From assembly GCF_006345805.1 (NCBI RefSeq), contig NW_021833940.1, positions 1 to 60,171 of the forward strand: a stretch of DNA of 60,171 nucleotides, in the 5' to 3' direction. Positions within the stretch are counted from its first letter, which is position 1; each line of letters begins with the position of its first letter. The translations under genes were made by a program, and so were the position numbers. The notes beneath the pieces are model-generated. The model searched no databases. It was not told the DNA's origin and worked only from the letters and a program-made list of their open reading frames with translations. Source of the DNA: Octopus sinensis (lineage: Eukaryota). This document shows, one piece after another, positions 29,401 to 41,215 of the stretch.

Positions 29401-31971
29401 TCAGCTCAGAGATTTCTTCTATTTAGATTTGAAAATACTAAGAATCAAACATACCCGTCCGATATCTGTAACATCGGACAAACCATGCCAGACACCCAGT
29501 ACTAGCGAATCCAAAAATACGAATGAGATCTATTATTCTCCCTGTCCACCACGTGAGTCATAGAGCATTACATTTCTACAGAGGAAAAACAAGTTGTAGT
29601 TCAAATTCTGGAGAGAAAAGTATTATATTGTCATCAAAAAGGGGGTAGAATTAATTAATTGTTAATAAATTCGACCAAGCAGTATTCGGTATGTAAAGAC
29701 CATTTACGGTGTATTTGAAGTATTAATTTATAAAAATATGGTAAAGTAAAAAAATTCACTTTACCACACACCGAACTTTTCAGAAATAGCAGCCAAAAAT
29801 ATGGCTATTTCTTCAACTGCAAATAAAAGTCTCCAGACAATGCATACTCAGAAAATAACTCACATAGGTATAAGGGAAAAACAATGAAAGATCACATCCA
29901 TATACGATACCCGAGGACAGTCTGTTTCTGGATTTGTGGGTAAAACGCCACTTTTCCTTCATCAGCTCAGAGATTTCTTCTTATTTAGATTTGAAAATAC
30001 TAAGAATCAAACATACCCGTCCGATATCTGTAACATCGGACAAACCATGCCAGACACCCAGTACTAGCGAATCCAAAAATACGAATGAGATCTATTATTC
30101 TCCCTGTCCACCCACGTGAGTCATAGAGCATTACATTTCTACAGAGGTAAAAACTGTAGTTCAAATTCTTGGAGAGAAAAGTATTATATTGTCATCAAAA
30201 AAGGGGGTAGAATTAATTAATTGTTAATAAATTCGACCAAGCAGTATTCGGTATGTAAAGACCATTTACGGTGTATTTGAAGTATTAATTTATAAAAATA
30301 TGGTAAAGTAAAAAAATTCACTTTACCACACACCGAACTTTTCAGAAATAGCAGCCAAAAATATGGCTATTTCTTCAACTGCAAATAAAAGTCTCCAGAC
30401 AATGCATACTCAGAAAATAACTCACATAGGTATAAGGAAAAACAATGAAAGATCACATCCATATACGATACCCGAGGACAGTCTGTTTCTGGATTTGTGG
30501 TGTAAAACGCCACTTTTCCTCATCAGCTCAGAGATTTCTTCTTATTTAGATTTGAAAATACTAAGAATCAAACATACCCGTCCGATATCTGTAACATCGG
30601 ACAAACCATGCCAGACACCCAGTACTAGCGAATCCAAAAATACGAATGAGATCTATTATTCTCCCTGTCCACCCACGTGAGTCATAGAGCATTACATTTC
30701 TACAGAGGTAAAAACTGTAGTTCAAATTCTTGGAGAGAAAAGTATTATATTGTCATCAAAAAAGGGGGTAGAATTAATTAATTGTTAATAAATTCGACCA
30801 AGCAGTATTCGTAGTATGTAAAGACCATTTACGGTGTATTTGAAGTATTAATTTATAAAAATATGGTAAAGTAAAAAAATTCACTTTACCACACACCGAA
30901 CTTTTCAGAAATAGCAGCCAAAAATATGGCTATTTCTTCAACTGCAAATAAAAGTCTCCAGACAATGCATACTCAGAAAATAACTCACATAGGTATAAGG
31001 GAAAAACAATGAAAGATCACATCCATATACGATACCCGAGGACAGTCTGTTTCTGGATTTGTGGGTAAAACGCCACTTTTCCTTCATCAGCTCAGAGATT
31101 TCTTCTTATTTAGATTTGAAAATACTAAGAATCAAACATACCCGTCCGATATCTGTAACATCGGACAAACCATGCCACACCACCCAGTACTAGCGAATCC
31201 AAAAATACGAATGAGATCTTATTATTCCTGTCCACCCACGTGAGTCATAGAGCATTACATTTCTACAGAGGTAAAAACTGTAGTTCAAATTCTTGGAGAG
31301 AAAAGTATTATATTGTCATCAAAAAAGGGGGTAGAATTAATTAATTGTTAATAAATTCGACCAAGCAGTATTCGGTATGTAAAGACCATTTACGGTGTAT
31401 TTGAAGTATTAATTTATAAAAATATGGTAAAGTAAAAAAATTCACTTTACCACACACCGAACTTTTCAGAAATAGCAGCCAAAAATATGGCTATTTCTTC
31501 AATGCAAATAAGTCTCCAGACAATGCATACTCAGAAAATAACTCACATAGGTATAAGGGAAAAACAATGAAAGATCACATCCATATACGATACCCGAGGA
31601 CAGTCTGTTTCTGGATTTGTGGGTAAAACGCCACTTTTCCTTCATCAGCTCAGAGATTTCTTCTTATTTAGATTTGAAAATACTAAGAATCAAACATACC
31701 CGTCCGATATCTGTAACATCGGACAAACCATGCCAGACCCAGTACTAGCGAATCCAAAAATACGAATGAGATCTATTATTCTCCTGTCCACCCACGTGAG
31801 TCATAGAGCATTACATTTCTACAGAGGTAAAAACTGTAGTTCAAATTCTTGGAGAGAAAAGTATTATATTGTCATCAAAAAAGGGGGTAGAATTAATTAA
31901 TTGTTAATAAATTCGACCAAGCAGTATTCGGTATGTAAAGACCATTTACGGTGTATTTGAAGTATTAATTT
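14486..31971 (-). repeat. Tandem array of 31 full plus one partial (~110 bp) ~560-bp hammerhead-bearing units (retrozyme-like satellite)
   Basis: The unit start GTATTATATTGTCATC recurs at 14486, 15046, 15607, 16167 ... 31305, 31861, a mean period of about 560.5 bp. Units differ almost only by small indels. Confidence 0.97.
14775..14836 (-). ncRNA. Type I hammerhead ribozyme, first copy (repeats every ~560 bp; last full copy 31593-31654; a few copies carry indels)
   Basis: Minus strand: UCUGAG CUGAUGA A-GGA-AAA-GUGG-CGUUUUAC-CCAC-AAA-UCC-A GAA ACAG-A-CUGU C / CUCGGG. The CUGAUGA and GAAA core, stems I, II and III and the GUC triplet are all present. The predicted cut lies between window positions 14781 and 14780. 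An extra A on each side at the base of stem II is non-canonical. Confidence 0.82.
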
Positions 31972-32088
31972 CTGTCGGTTTCTTTTTGCTGAACCGCTAA
32001 ATTACGTGGTCGTAAACACACAAGCATCGGTTGTCAAGCGATGTTAGGGGACAGACACACAAACATACACACACACACACACACACCA

Positions 32089-32123
<35 letters not shown>

Positions 32124-32559
32124 TAAATACATACATACATACATATATAAAAATGCCACTTTTCCTTCATCAGCTCAGAGATTTCTTCTTATTTAGATTT
32201 GAAAATACTAAGAATCAAACATACCCGTCCGATATCTGTAACATCGGACAAACCATGCCAGACACCCAGTACTAGCGAATCCAAAAATACGAATGAGATC
32301 TATTATTCTCCCTGTCCACCCCGTGAGTCATAGAGCATTAGTAATGCTCTATGACTCACGTGGGTGGACAGGGAGAATAATAGATCTCATTCGTATTTTT
32401 GGATTCGCTAGTACTGGGTGTCTGGCATGGTTTGTCCGATGTTACAGATATCGGACGGGTATGTTTGATTCTTAGTATTTTCAAATCTAAATAAGAAGAA
32501 ATCTCTGAGCTGATGAAGGAAAAGTGGCATTTTTATATATGTATGTATGTATGTATTTA

Positions 32560-32630
<71 letters not shown>

Positions 32631-32723
32631 TTGTGTGTCTGTCCCCTAACATCGCTTGACAACCGATGCTTGTGTGTTTACGACCACGTAATTTAGCGGT
32701 TCAGCAAAAAGAAACCGACAGAA
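31970..32723. repeat. Long palindrome (arms about 371 and 382 bp, 1-nt spacer at 32341) made of SINE 3' sequence plus about 190 bp of array unit
   Basis: ...TAGAGCATTA-G-TAATGCTCTA... at the centre. The arms match out to TTCTGTCGG / CCGACAGAA and differ mainly in microsatellite length. Confidence 0.93.
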
Positions 32724-32840
32724 TAAGTACCAGGCTTACAAAGAATAAGTTGCTCGACTAAAGGCGGTGTTCCAGCATGGCCGCAGTCAAATGACTGAAA
32801 CAAGCAAAAGAGTAAAAGAGAGAGAGAGAGAGAGAGAGAG
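32529..32840 (+). mobile_element. Right half of the family A SINE split by the array
   Basis: (TATG/TG)n then CATCGCTTGACAACCGATG...GGCCGCAGTCAAATGACTGAAACAAG-(AG)n, matching the 3' part of 49042-49456. Confidence 0.85.
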
Positions 32841-33329
32841 TATGACTTGAGGGAAATTTAACTTCTATTTATGCAAGTTGAACGGCCATATATAGGCTTT
32901 GTCAGTGGTTGTTCGATCTGGGAGGCCATGATCAAACAGTCCAACCGTGACCATCCCATCACTTTAGAATTATGGAGGGCGATGCTATCTAATGTGACCT
33001 TATTAAAGACAGTACGATGTGATTTGAGGTAGATTTAGCTGTTATTTATAGCAAATCGAGCTATAAATAGTTTTCCCGGTTGTAGGAGTTTCCTCATTTG
33101 GTAAACCTTGAGATTAACTTTGGTGGGAACACAACTTGATCAAAATTCTTGGTTGACGAGATTTCATTTGTTGTTGTTGTTGCTGCTGCTGCTTGGCTTT
33201 AAGACATCCCTAAGATCAAGTAGATGTATGGTCTAGTCATGCAAGTTGTCAGTTTTTTTTAAAAATAGGTGTAGGCAAGGCTGTAGTGGTAATAAGATGG
33301 CTTTGCAATGATGAGGTTCTAGATTAAAG

Positions 33330-33900
33330 GTAATTAAGTAGTTACAGAAAGAGATATGATAAAAAACATAGTCGTTGCTGGAAGGGTTCGGAGAGTGATA
33401 GAAGAAATAGATAATTTTAGAGGAGTGAAGAAGCGATTTTGAAAAGAGTATCTAGAAGTCTTTGTAGCTGATGCTTAGCTTACATAGGCGAATGGTGGCT
33501 CTATATTTCGGAGTTGAGTAAAGATTGTAGCCAGTGTAGCAGAGCCAAACTACAGATAAGGGCCGAAAGATTTGTAGCTTAGAGAAGAATAGGATGTGCA
33601 TCTGCGTAAGAAGTGACGGGGTAGATATAGCTGGAGTACAATCTTTAGATGTGAGAAGAGGGAAGGTTATTCAGTGGGTTAAGTTTTAGCTTCTGGCTTG
33701 AGCGCCGTGAGGTCAAGATGATATCCTAAAGGGAGCCTGGTTCGTGTGCTTGCATTGAAGCGAACTCCATTAAAAAAACTCATAGGCCAGAAAGAGGTAA
33801 TTAACCGTGAGGCGTTATGCGCCTGCTCTCCCCTCAAATAGAGGGACTTTAACGCCTTACATAATACGACTGCATTAGACAAACAGTGACCCTGAGTCAG
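33330..33900 (-). mobile_element. Possible very degraded CR1/L2-type LINE 3' remnant
   Basis: Only weak by-eye resemblance (…RHFLRRCTSYS…RYSFQNRF…). Confidence 0.25.
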
Positions 33901-33954
33901 ATAAGCAAGTGCATGCGCACACATGCAAACATATATACGCATGTTTTAGCTACT

Positions 33955-34185
33955 ATTATAAGGATCCAGTAAGGCGGCGTGCTGGTAGAATCGTTAGCAC
34001 GCTGGGCAAAATGATTAGCGGCATTTCGTCCGTTGTTAGATTCTGAATTCAAATTTCGCCGAAGTCTACTTTGCCTTTTCATCCTCCGGGGTCAATGAAA
34101 TAAATATCAGTCGAACTCTCGGATCAATGTAATCGATTTATACCTTCCCTCGAAATTATTGGCCTTGTACCAAAATTTGATACCA
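33955..34185 (+). mobile_element. Family B SINE
   Basis: AAGGCGGCGTGCTGGTAGAATCGTTAGCACGC head with the diverged core. Confidence 0.8.
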
Positions 34186-34630
34186 ATATTTGGATCCGGT
34201 GATTTTCAATTATATAATATAGACTAAGGTACACGTATACTCCTATACATACACTCACGCACACAGACACCAAGATGTATATATATAATATACTCACAAT
34301 CTTACATGTCTTCTAAGTAGTACGATCATAAGAGAATCAAACTGCGATTAATAGGAAGCATTGCCATAAACACTATTAAATGTTTCCAGAACTACTGTAG
34401 ATGATCAGTCACGATCTTCGATAAATATTCAGACAATTTATTTTCTTTTTTCCCAATTTCAGTCATTTCATATATTGACAACTGTAACAACAGTGATAAA
34501 ATGAATCATAATAATAGCAGGACGAATGCCGCGAGACTTTAAACAGGATATTAAAGACAACGGCAATTGGAGGAGGAGGAGACACATGAAGTAGTGACAG
34601 TAACAAGTAATATCTTGAAGGTCGCTTAAA

Positions 34631-35017
34631 TCTTTATATATAAAAGTGAAGTTGTGTGTCTGTCTCCTACGATTTAGATTCCTAACTACTCCCACATTTT
34701 GCGGTGCAGTTTAACCAAAACCGGGTATCTTATAGTCGTGATTCATATCGAGCCCTTCTGGGTATTAGCGCGCGTCTACGATGAGTCTACGATTAAAAAA
34801 AATATTTACCATCATTTTTTTCCATTTTAATGCATTTTTTTAGCTATTATATAAGGGAAGTAACTCTCTAAAAATGTCTACGATGAGTCAACGATTTAAA
34901 AAAAAATTTACCATCATTTTTTTTCCATTTTTTTCTATTTTTTGGCTATAACTCTCTAAAAATGCTTATATAGTTATTTCCCTTACAAACCCGAGCAACG
35001 CCGGGCGATACTGCTAG
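34631..35017 (+). mobile_element. Non-autonomous Helitron-type element
   Basis: A^TC 5' end (TCTTTATATATAAAAG), a subterminal hairpin CCCGAGCAACGCCGGG, and a CTAG^T 3' end with no TSD. Confidence 0.8.
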
Positions 35018-36210
35018 TAACCTATAAATAGATTCGATTTTTAACATCATATGCGTCAGAGTGTTATCAAAAATTTTGACTTTTCGATGGGGTCTCTATC
35101 TTCTGCATTTCCACCCTTTCTCTGTACTGTAAGTAGCAGTTCTCTGTTCAAAACTGAATGTATAATTCTGATTGACTACTGATCTACCTGGAATTTAAAA
35201 CACTCTCGGTGTCGAATGTTTGATTATTGTGCCCAAGTTCCTGTGTTTGAAGAGACGAGAAAATCGCAACTTTTCTATTTATTAATGTTTTAGAAAACCA
35301 TATCTTTAACCACAAATACATATAGTGTGAGTATATTCTTTGGTAGTTCTACTTCTAGTTCTAATGATCTTGTGCCTTTTTTATGGAGGGAGCTTGTTAG
35401 AATGACATACTTGACCCCACTGACAGTCACAGCTATTACAAGGAGATAATCATTTCGTCCTAATATGAACCATGATTATAGATTTGAAATTGAAAAATTA
35501 AGGAGTCATTAGGAACAATATGCATTGAATACGCATATTAATTTTTTTTTATTTACTCAATACGAAGTTCTTAAAATTTCTAGTCTTTAGAAATAATATA
35601 TTGACTATTTCATTCCTTTTAGAAATCATCTGCATGATGCAACCTGTGACTTATAAAGAAATATATGTGGTAGATGATAGTTTTGTGAGATGTTAGTTAA
35701 TTTGGGACTGTGAAGCAACGTGTGTTGGTAATGTTTGATGAAGTTGTCTAGAGATCTTTTATGATTTTAGGGACTAGTATCACATTCTCAACAGCAGAAA
35801 GGTTGGAACGACATATTTGGTTTTATTTTTAAACGAATGAGAATAGACATTTGCACATCAAATTATGGAAGTTTTATAAACCACGATATTGCATACTTCA
35901 GGGAAATTTATTTGAGATATTTCAAGTTGCAAATACGAATACTTGAATATAAATTAAAATTAAATTTCGGTTCCTTCTCATGCTGGTTCTGCAGGGTCAG
36001 AGAAAACACACCTGCCTCCATGCAGTTGATGTGTATACCATTGTAATTAATAGAGGTGAATGATATTAATATGCTCCGTTTCTTTTGCTTTATCGTGTAG
36101 AATTTTGTGTTATTGTTTCTGATGTTCTTGTGTATATATGTATATATGTATGTGTAAGTGAATGTATTATATATGTAGGTACACGCACGCGCGAACATAC
36201 ACACATATAT

Positions 36211-36616
36211 ACTCTTTTACTTGTTTCAGTCATTTGACTGCGGCCATGCTGGAGCACCACCTTTTAGTCGAGCAAATCGACCCCGGGACTTATTCTTTGT
36301 AAGCCCAGTACTTATTCTATCGGTCTCTTTTGCCGAACCGCTAAGTGACGGGGATGTAAACACACCAGCATCGGTTGTCAAGCAATGCTAGAGGGACAAA
36401 CACAGACACACAAACACACACATACATATATACATATATATACATATATACGACGGGCTTCTTTTCAGTTTCCGTCTACCAAATCCACTCACAAGGCATT
36501 GGTCGGCCCGGGGCTATAGCAGAAGACACTTGCCCAAGATGCCACGCAGTGGGACTGAACCCGGAACCATGTGGTTGGTTAGCAAGCTACTTACCACACA
36601 GACACTCTTGCGCCTA
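36211..36616 (-). mobile_element. Full-length family A SINE
   Basis: Collinear with 49042-49456 in reverse orientation. Confidence 0.9.
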
Positions 36617-36837
36617 TGACGGATTTCCATTCTGTTTCCGCGCAAGAAATTTAATCGAGAAGTAGTTGGTCAATGATAATTATAATGATGAAAATGACGA
36701 CGGCGATGATGATGATAATGATGGAAACTTCATGAACTAATATCATTTCCCTTGTACATGGGCCAAAACTTGGGCCATTAAGCACGCGCTGATTATTTAT
36801 CCATGTATGTGTTTGTGTTCTATTATTTTATTTGGTA

Positions 36838-37218
36838 CTAGCAGTATCGCCCGGCGTTGCTCAGGTTTGTAAGGGAAATAACTATAAAGCATTTTTAGAG
36901 AGTTATAGCCAAAAATAGCAAAAAAATGGAAAAAATGATGGTAAATTTTTTTGATAGTTAAAAAAGGTCGAGTTGCGTCCCCTAGACAGTCTGTGGTTTG
37001 TGTTTCTGATTCTCGACCCCATGTCGAATTTATCGATTTTTTTCAGAACTGGAGGAACTTTTCAAAATTTTCGCTTCGTTAGTTTTGAATTATGACATTG
37101 GGCTATGTGTGTGTCAAGTTTCATCAGAATCGGTTGAAAGCCGTGGTCAGGGTGAGGGTACAACCAAACAGACACACAGAAACACACACAGACAAACTGC
37201 CGTTTATATAGAGAGCGA
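36838..37218 (-). mobile_element. Non-autonomous Helitron-type element, second subfamily sharing the 3' ~115 bp with 34631-35017
   Basis: On the minus strand it begins A^TCGCTCTCTATATAAAC, has a (TG/TCTG) tract and a CCGATTCTGATGAAACTTGAC motif, and ends CCTGAGCAACGCCGGGCGATACTGCTAG^T. Confidence 0.78.
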
Positions 37219-38279
37219 TGTATATGATGTTAATATGTTGTAATAATAGTAAAATTATAATCATTTTACTATTGTGTGTAAGGACATTTTTGTTTTGATG
37301 TATGATATGCAGTATATTTTCCCCTCTTATTTGTGGTCTGAAGCAACATTTATGATTCTAACGATACATATTTCAGTACAATGTGCTGTATACCATGTGC
37401 GAGTATAGCACGAGTATATTGCAAGGAATAGTTTGAATATTTTGCATGAAGAAATTGAATTAAAGAACGTTGCTAGAAGCAAAGAATACTTTGGTCTAGG
37501 AACATTTGTTGTAAGATTATTTCTTCTTAGAAACAACCGCTTGGTTAGAATAATGAATGATAGAATTCACTTCGTTTTTGTATCTGATTTGCAAGATTCT
37601 TTCTGTGAATTCATGTGTTGAAGGGAGAGTCATTATACCAATATCATTAACACACGCACTGGAACAATTCTACTCCTTTATTGTTAGTCAATTGGTTAAA
37701 TATCCAGCTAACTAATCGCTTCTTTGTTTAATTTGTTTTTATATGGCCCCACTACAGACACACACACACACACACAATTTTAGAATCGTTTTATAGTAAA
37801 ATCACTTAACACTTGTGAGCTTAGGTTGGAACAGTATTTTTCTAGCAAACTTTTACTTCCGATACAAAAATCTTAATTTCTGATACCCTGAGATCTGGGG
37901 CTTATAAAAGGGAAGTCTTCGGCCAGTAGATCGGTCCAGAGTCCTGAGAGACGAAAAAGATCGCATAGCAACTGACGAAGTTCTCCCTAAAAAAGAAAAA
38001 AAAAAAAGAAACCTCTAGCCTCTTTGAATTTTATGAGGATCCATCTAGGGCCCTGAAAGCAGCCTTGTTCCATTAAAAAAATAAAAAAATTCGGAAGACC
38101 ACCTCTCAGTTACAGGAAAAAGTGTTCCATTCGTTTCTGATTATCGCCGAAAGTTTTCTGTGAATTGTATTAATACAATTCTCAGTCTTTCAAAATTGTT
38201 CCTGGTCTCACAAATAAAAATCCTTGATTCTTGACTCTTTGCTGCAAAATGATGACGATGATGATGATGAAGGATACTA

Positions 38280-38312
<33 letters not shown>

Positions 38313-39904
38313 ATGATGATAATGACCATGATGAAGACGACAATGATGATGACGATGACGACGACATTGGCGACGACGACGGTGATGATGAAAACTATTT
38401 ACTAACACTATTTGCCTTCTATTCTGGCCAAATGTTGGGCCATTAAGTGCACATCGAGTAGTTATGTAATCAATTTTCCTATTCTGAGATGATATTTTAA
38501 AACTCTAGATTAGTTTCTTTAAAAAATGATTGGAAATTTATTTTATATTTTATCAATCTCCCAACTTATTGAAGTTGAGCGTTACCTTTTTGCAAGACGC
38601 TTCCAGAAACAATTCAGTGGTAAAACACAAATCTTGAAAGATATTGTAGTTGTTGTTCTTACAGTTGTACTTTAGTCCCATAGACATCCTCGATCAAGGA
38701 GCAAAAGCACGTTCGCCCTGGCCATCTCATTTTTCCCCGACAGTTTATTCAAGACTTCCTTACACAATGTCTTTCTTTTTTTAAACACAGTTAGCTATAG
38801 TTTGAGTGAGATTAGGCTGCTATTTCTAACAGGTTAAACGACTTGATGATCAGCCGAAATAGTTAAGATGTATGGAATTAAGTGTAAAGATTTGAAAATA
38901 TGTTGAATAAAATAAAAAGATTATAGTCGATGTTTGTGTTGAATATAAATCTCTCAGGTGTTTGGGATGATCTGTAGGAAAATAATATTTCGAAGAGTTA
39001 GAAATATTTCAGACGCTAGAATTAAATCATTAATTAAATTATTAGTTTAACTTGAACGCTTTATAAAACTCATTATAAAGCCTGATTAACTAAAATCTTA
39101 ACGAAATGAGATGAGAATATAACCAGAATAGTACATCTTAAAACCTAATCCCTTATGTCAGTACTTGACACTACACCCATGAAATTCATATTTTTGCCAA
39201 AGTTACAAAGGGAATCTTTTAAAGCGTATTCTATCATGGCAACGTTTATAACTTTCTTATCGCAGCTACATTGCGCGTTTCATGTTAGCTATCAATACGA
39301 CACTTGTCTTCCTACTCAAACCACATTTGTAAAAGTAATTCCAAGCTTAAGTATTTTCGTGACTCTTCATGTCATATTTACTCCTTTGGACTATATACTG
39401 AAGAATTATTACTCAAGCCATGAGTGGAGTTTCAGACTGTTGTTATTTCTAGCAGATTAAGCAACCGCGTAGAGGCTCACTCGATGGTCCACCGAAAGAG
39501 TTCTTTTGAAGAACATTAGACTAAAGATCTAAAATGATATTGTGTAAAGTATTAATGTGCTAGATGTTTGTCTTGAATATAAATTTTTCAGGTTGAGAAG
39601 AAAAGAGAGTGGCCTCAAATCGGGATCTTTAGGCCAAACCCCAGGTTTGAAGATGCCTTACTCTTCTCTTCCTAAAAGGTACGGAGGCCTCGAAAAAGGT
39701 CATGAGCACTATCTTTCCTCCTGACTATATAATAAAATAATTAGAATTATTAATCTACAACATGTACCGTACATTCCCAGAGCCCCCATGTCTCAATCCT
39801 ATTGCAATAGGGTGAGAGAGGTTGTCTTGGAGGAGAGGGTTAACGTGAGGCGTTCCGTCGTCCGTCTCACAGCACAGCTCTCGATTCTGCGAGTAAGAGG
39901 TAAC

Positions 39905-40055
39905 GAGAAATCGATACAGCACTCAGCTGGTACTTTATTTCATTGACTCTCGAAGGGTGGAAAGTAAAGGGGATCTCGGCAAGATTTTAACTCAGAACAC
40001 AAAGGGTTGGAACAAACACCGCAAAGACCAAACGCTCTAACGATTCTGCTATCGG
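39905..40055 (-). mobile_element. Diverged family B SINE fragment
   Basis: CTGGTACTTTATTTCATTGACTCTCGAAGGG...TTTAACTCAGAAC resembles the family core. Confidence 0.6.
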
Positions 40056-40859
40056 CCATCTTTCCATTTTAATATTGCTCCTCTTTATAAAGATATTCCC
40101 GCGTGGCTAAAGGATAGGGCACAAAGCGCTGAAATAATAATTCTGCCATACATATAACTTCTATTTTTTAAATGCAGTAGAGGCCGCCTTGTGTGGTCAC
40201 TTAAGCCAAAGTAGCAGCTAATAACAGCCTATTGATAATAATAATAATAATAGATCGATAACAATAACCGAATGACAATAACAGACTGATAATAATAACA
40301 ACAACAACAACAACACAACAACCGATTGATGATAACAATAACCGACTGTCAACAATAACAAGAGCATTAAGTGAGTATGTAATTCGGAAACCATTAATTT
40401 CGACAACAACCTATTGGTAACATTATCAATGATTATAATAAGCGACTTACACTATACTATACTTTATTCAATATTTACCAATATTTTTCACTTCGATTTT
40501 TTTGTTGCTTCTGTACATTGTATTACATTACTACCGAAACAGAGGGTGTCAAAATCAGACATAATTTTTCTCTGTATAATCTAAACCTATCTGTTGATCT
40601 AATTAAAGATTACTGAACCAATAGATATGTGGTAATAAATGATTGTTGCCTTTCTTCACACAACTGTAACATTTCTGTACTTAATTGAATCAATAAGGTT
40701 GCTTGTATAAAGCTCTTTCTATCACAGACCCTTAGCATCTTCAAATACTGTTGTGTTTGCTCCCTTTTATTCATATTCTTCCAATAATCAACCTAATTCT
40801 TTGACTCCTCAGTACTTCTAACCCTCCACACCATAACTTACTAACATAAATCTTATTGG

Positions 40860-41215
40860 AGTTCTACGCCCCACCTTAGAGTGCTGCTCACGTATCTGGG
40901 ACTGTGTAGCTACCACATACGCAACATTCCAGATCGCATCCTACAAAAGGTCATCTGTTGGAATGGCAAACTTTCATTCACAAACATACTACAGCTACAA
41001 CTTAATCAATACACTATGTTTTTCTCCCTCTGTCTCTTCTACAGTTCCTCTGATATCCCCACCGCCCAAGCACACACGATGCGTATGTCTTGCTTCTTCT
41101 CGACAAATCTGCTGTTCCTTACTTCACAGACCTTATGCTTTATACTACGCTTGAGCTTACTTTATCATGACTACAATCCTTTTTCTCCTCACCCAGGCTT
41201 TTATTACGAAAGTCT
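40860..41215 (+). mobile_element. Degraded CR1/Jockey-like LINE RT C-terminal remnant
   Basis: RPTLECCSRIWD resembles the RP.LEYCS.VW motif, and SLCLFY resembles SL.LFYRY. Frameshifted. Confidence 0.5.

Noticed and set aside
14750-31900. Recurrent 60-105 aa ORFs in the array (e.g. MWVKRHFSF…)
   Set aside because: They start mostly at GTG/TTG, shift frame freely between units, resemble no protein I recognise, and lie antisense to the ribozyme strand.
14486-31971. CRISPR-like or rDNA/5S/snRNA/histone tandem array
   Set aside because: There are no variable spacers, and the unit has no recognisable 5S, U-snRNA, tRNA or histone sequence.
35837-37621. Short non-repetitive ORFs (35837-36046, 35908-36204, 37327-37536) as host exons
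   Set aside because: No recognisable domain and no supportable splice structure. RNA-seq would be needed.
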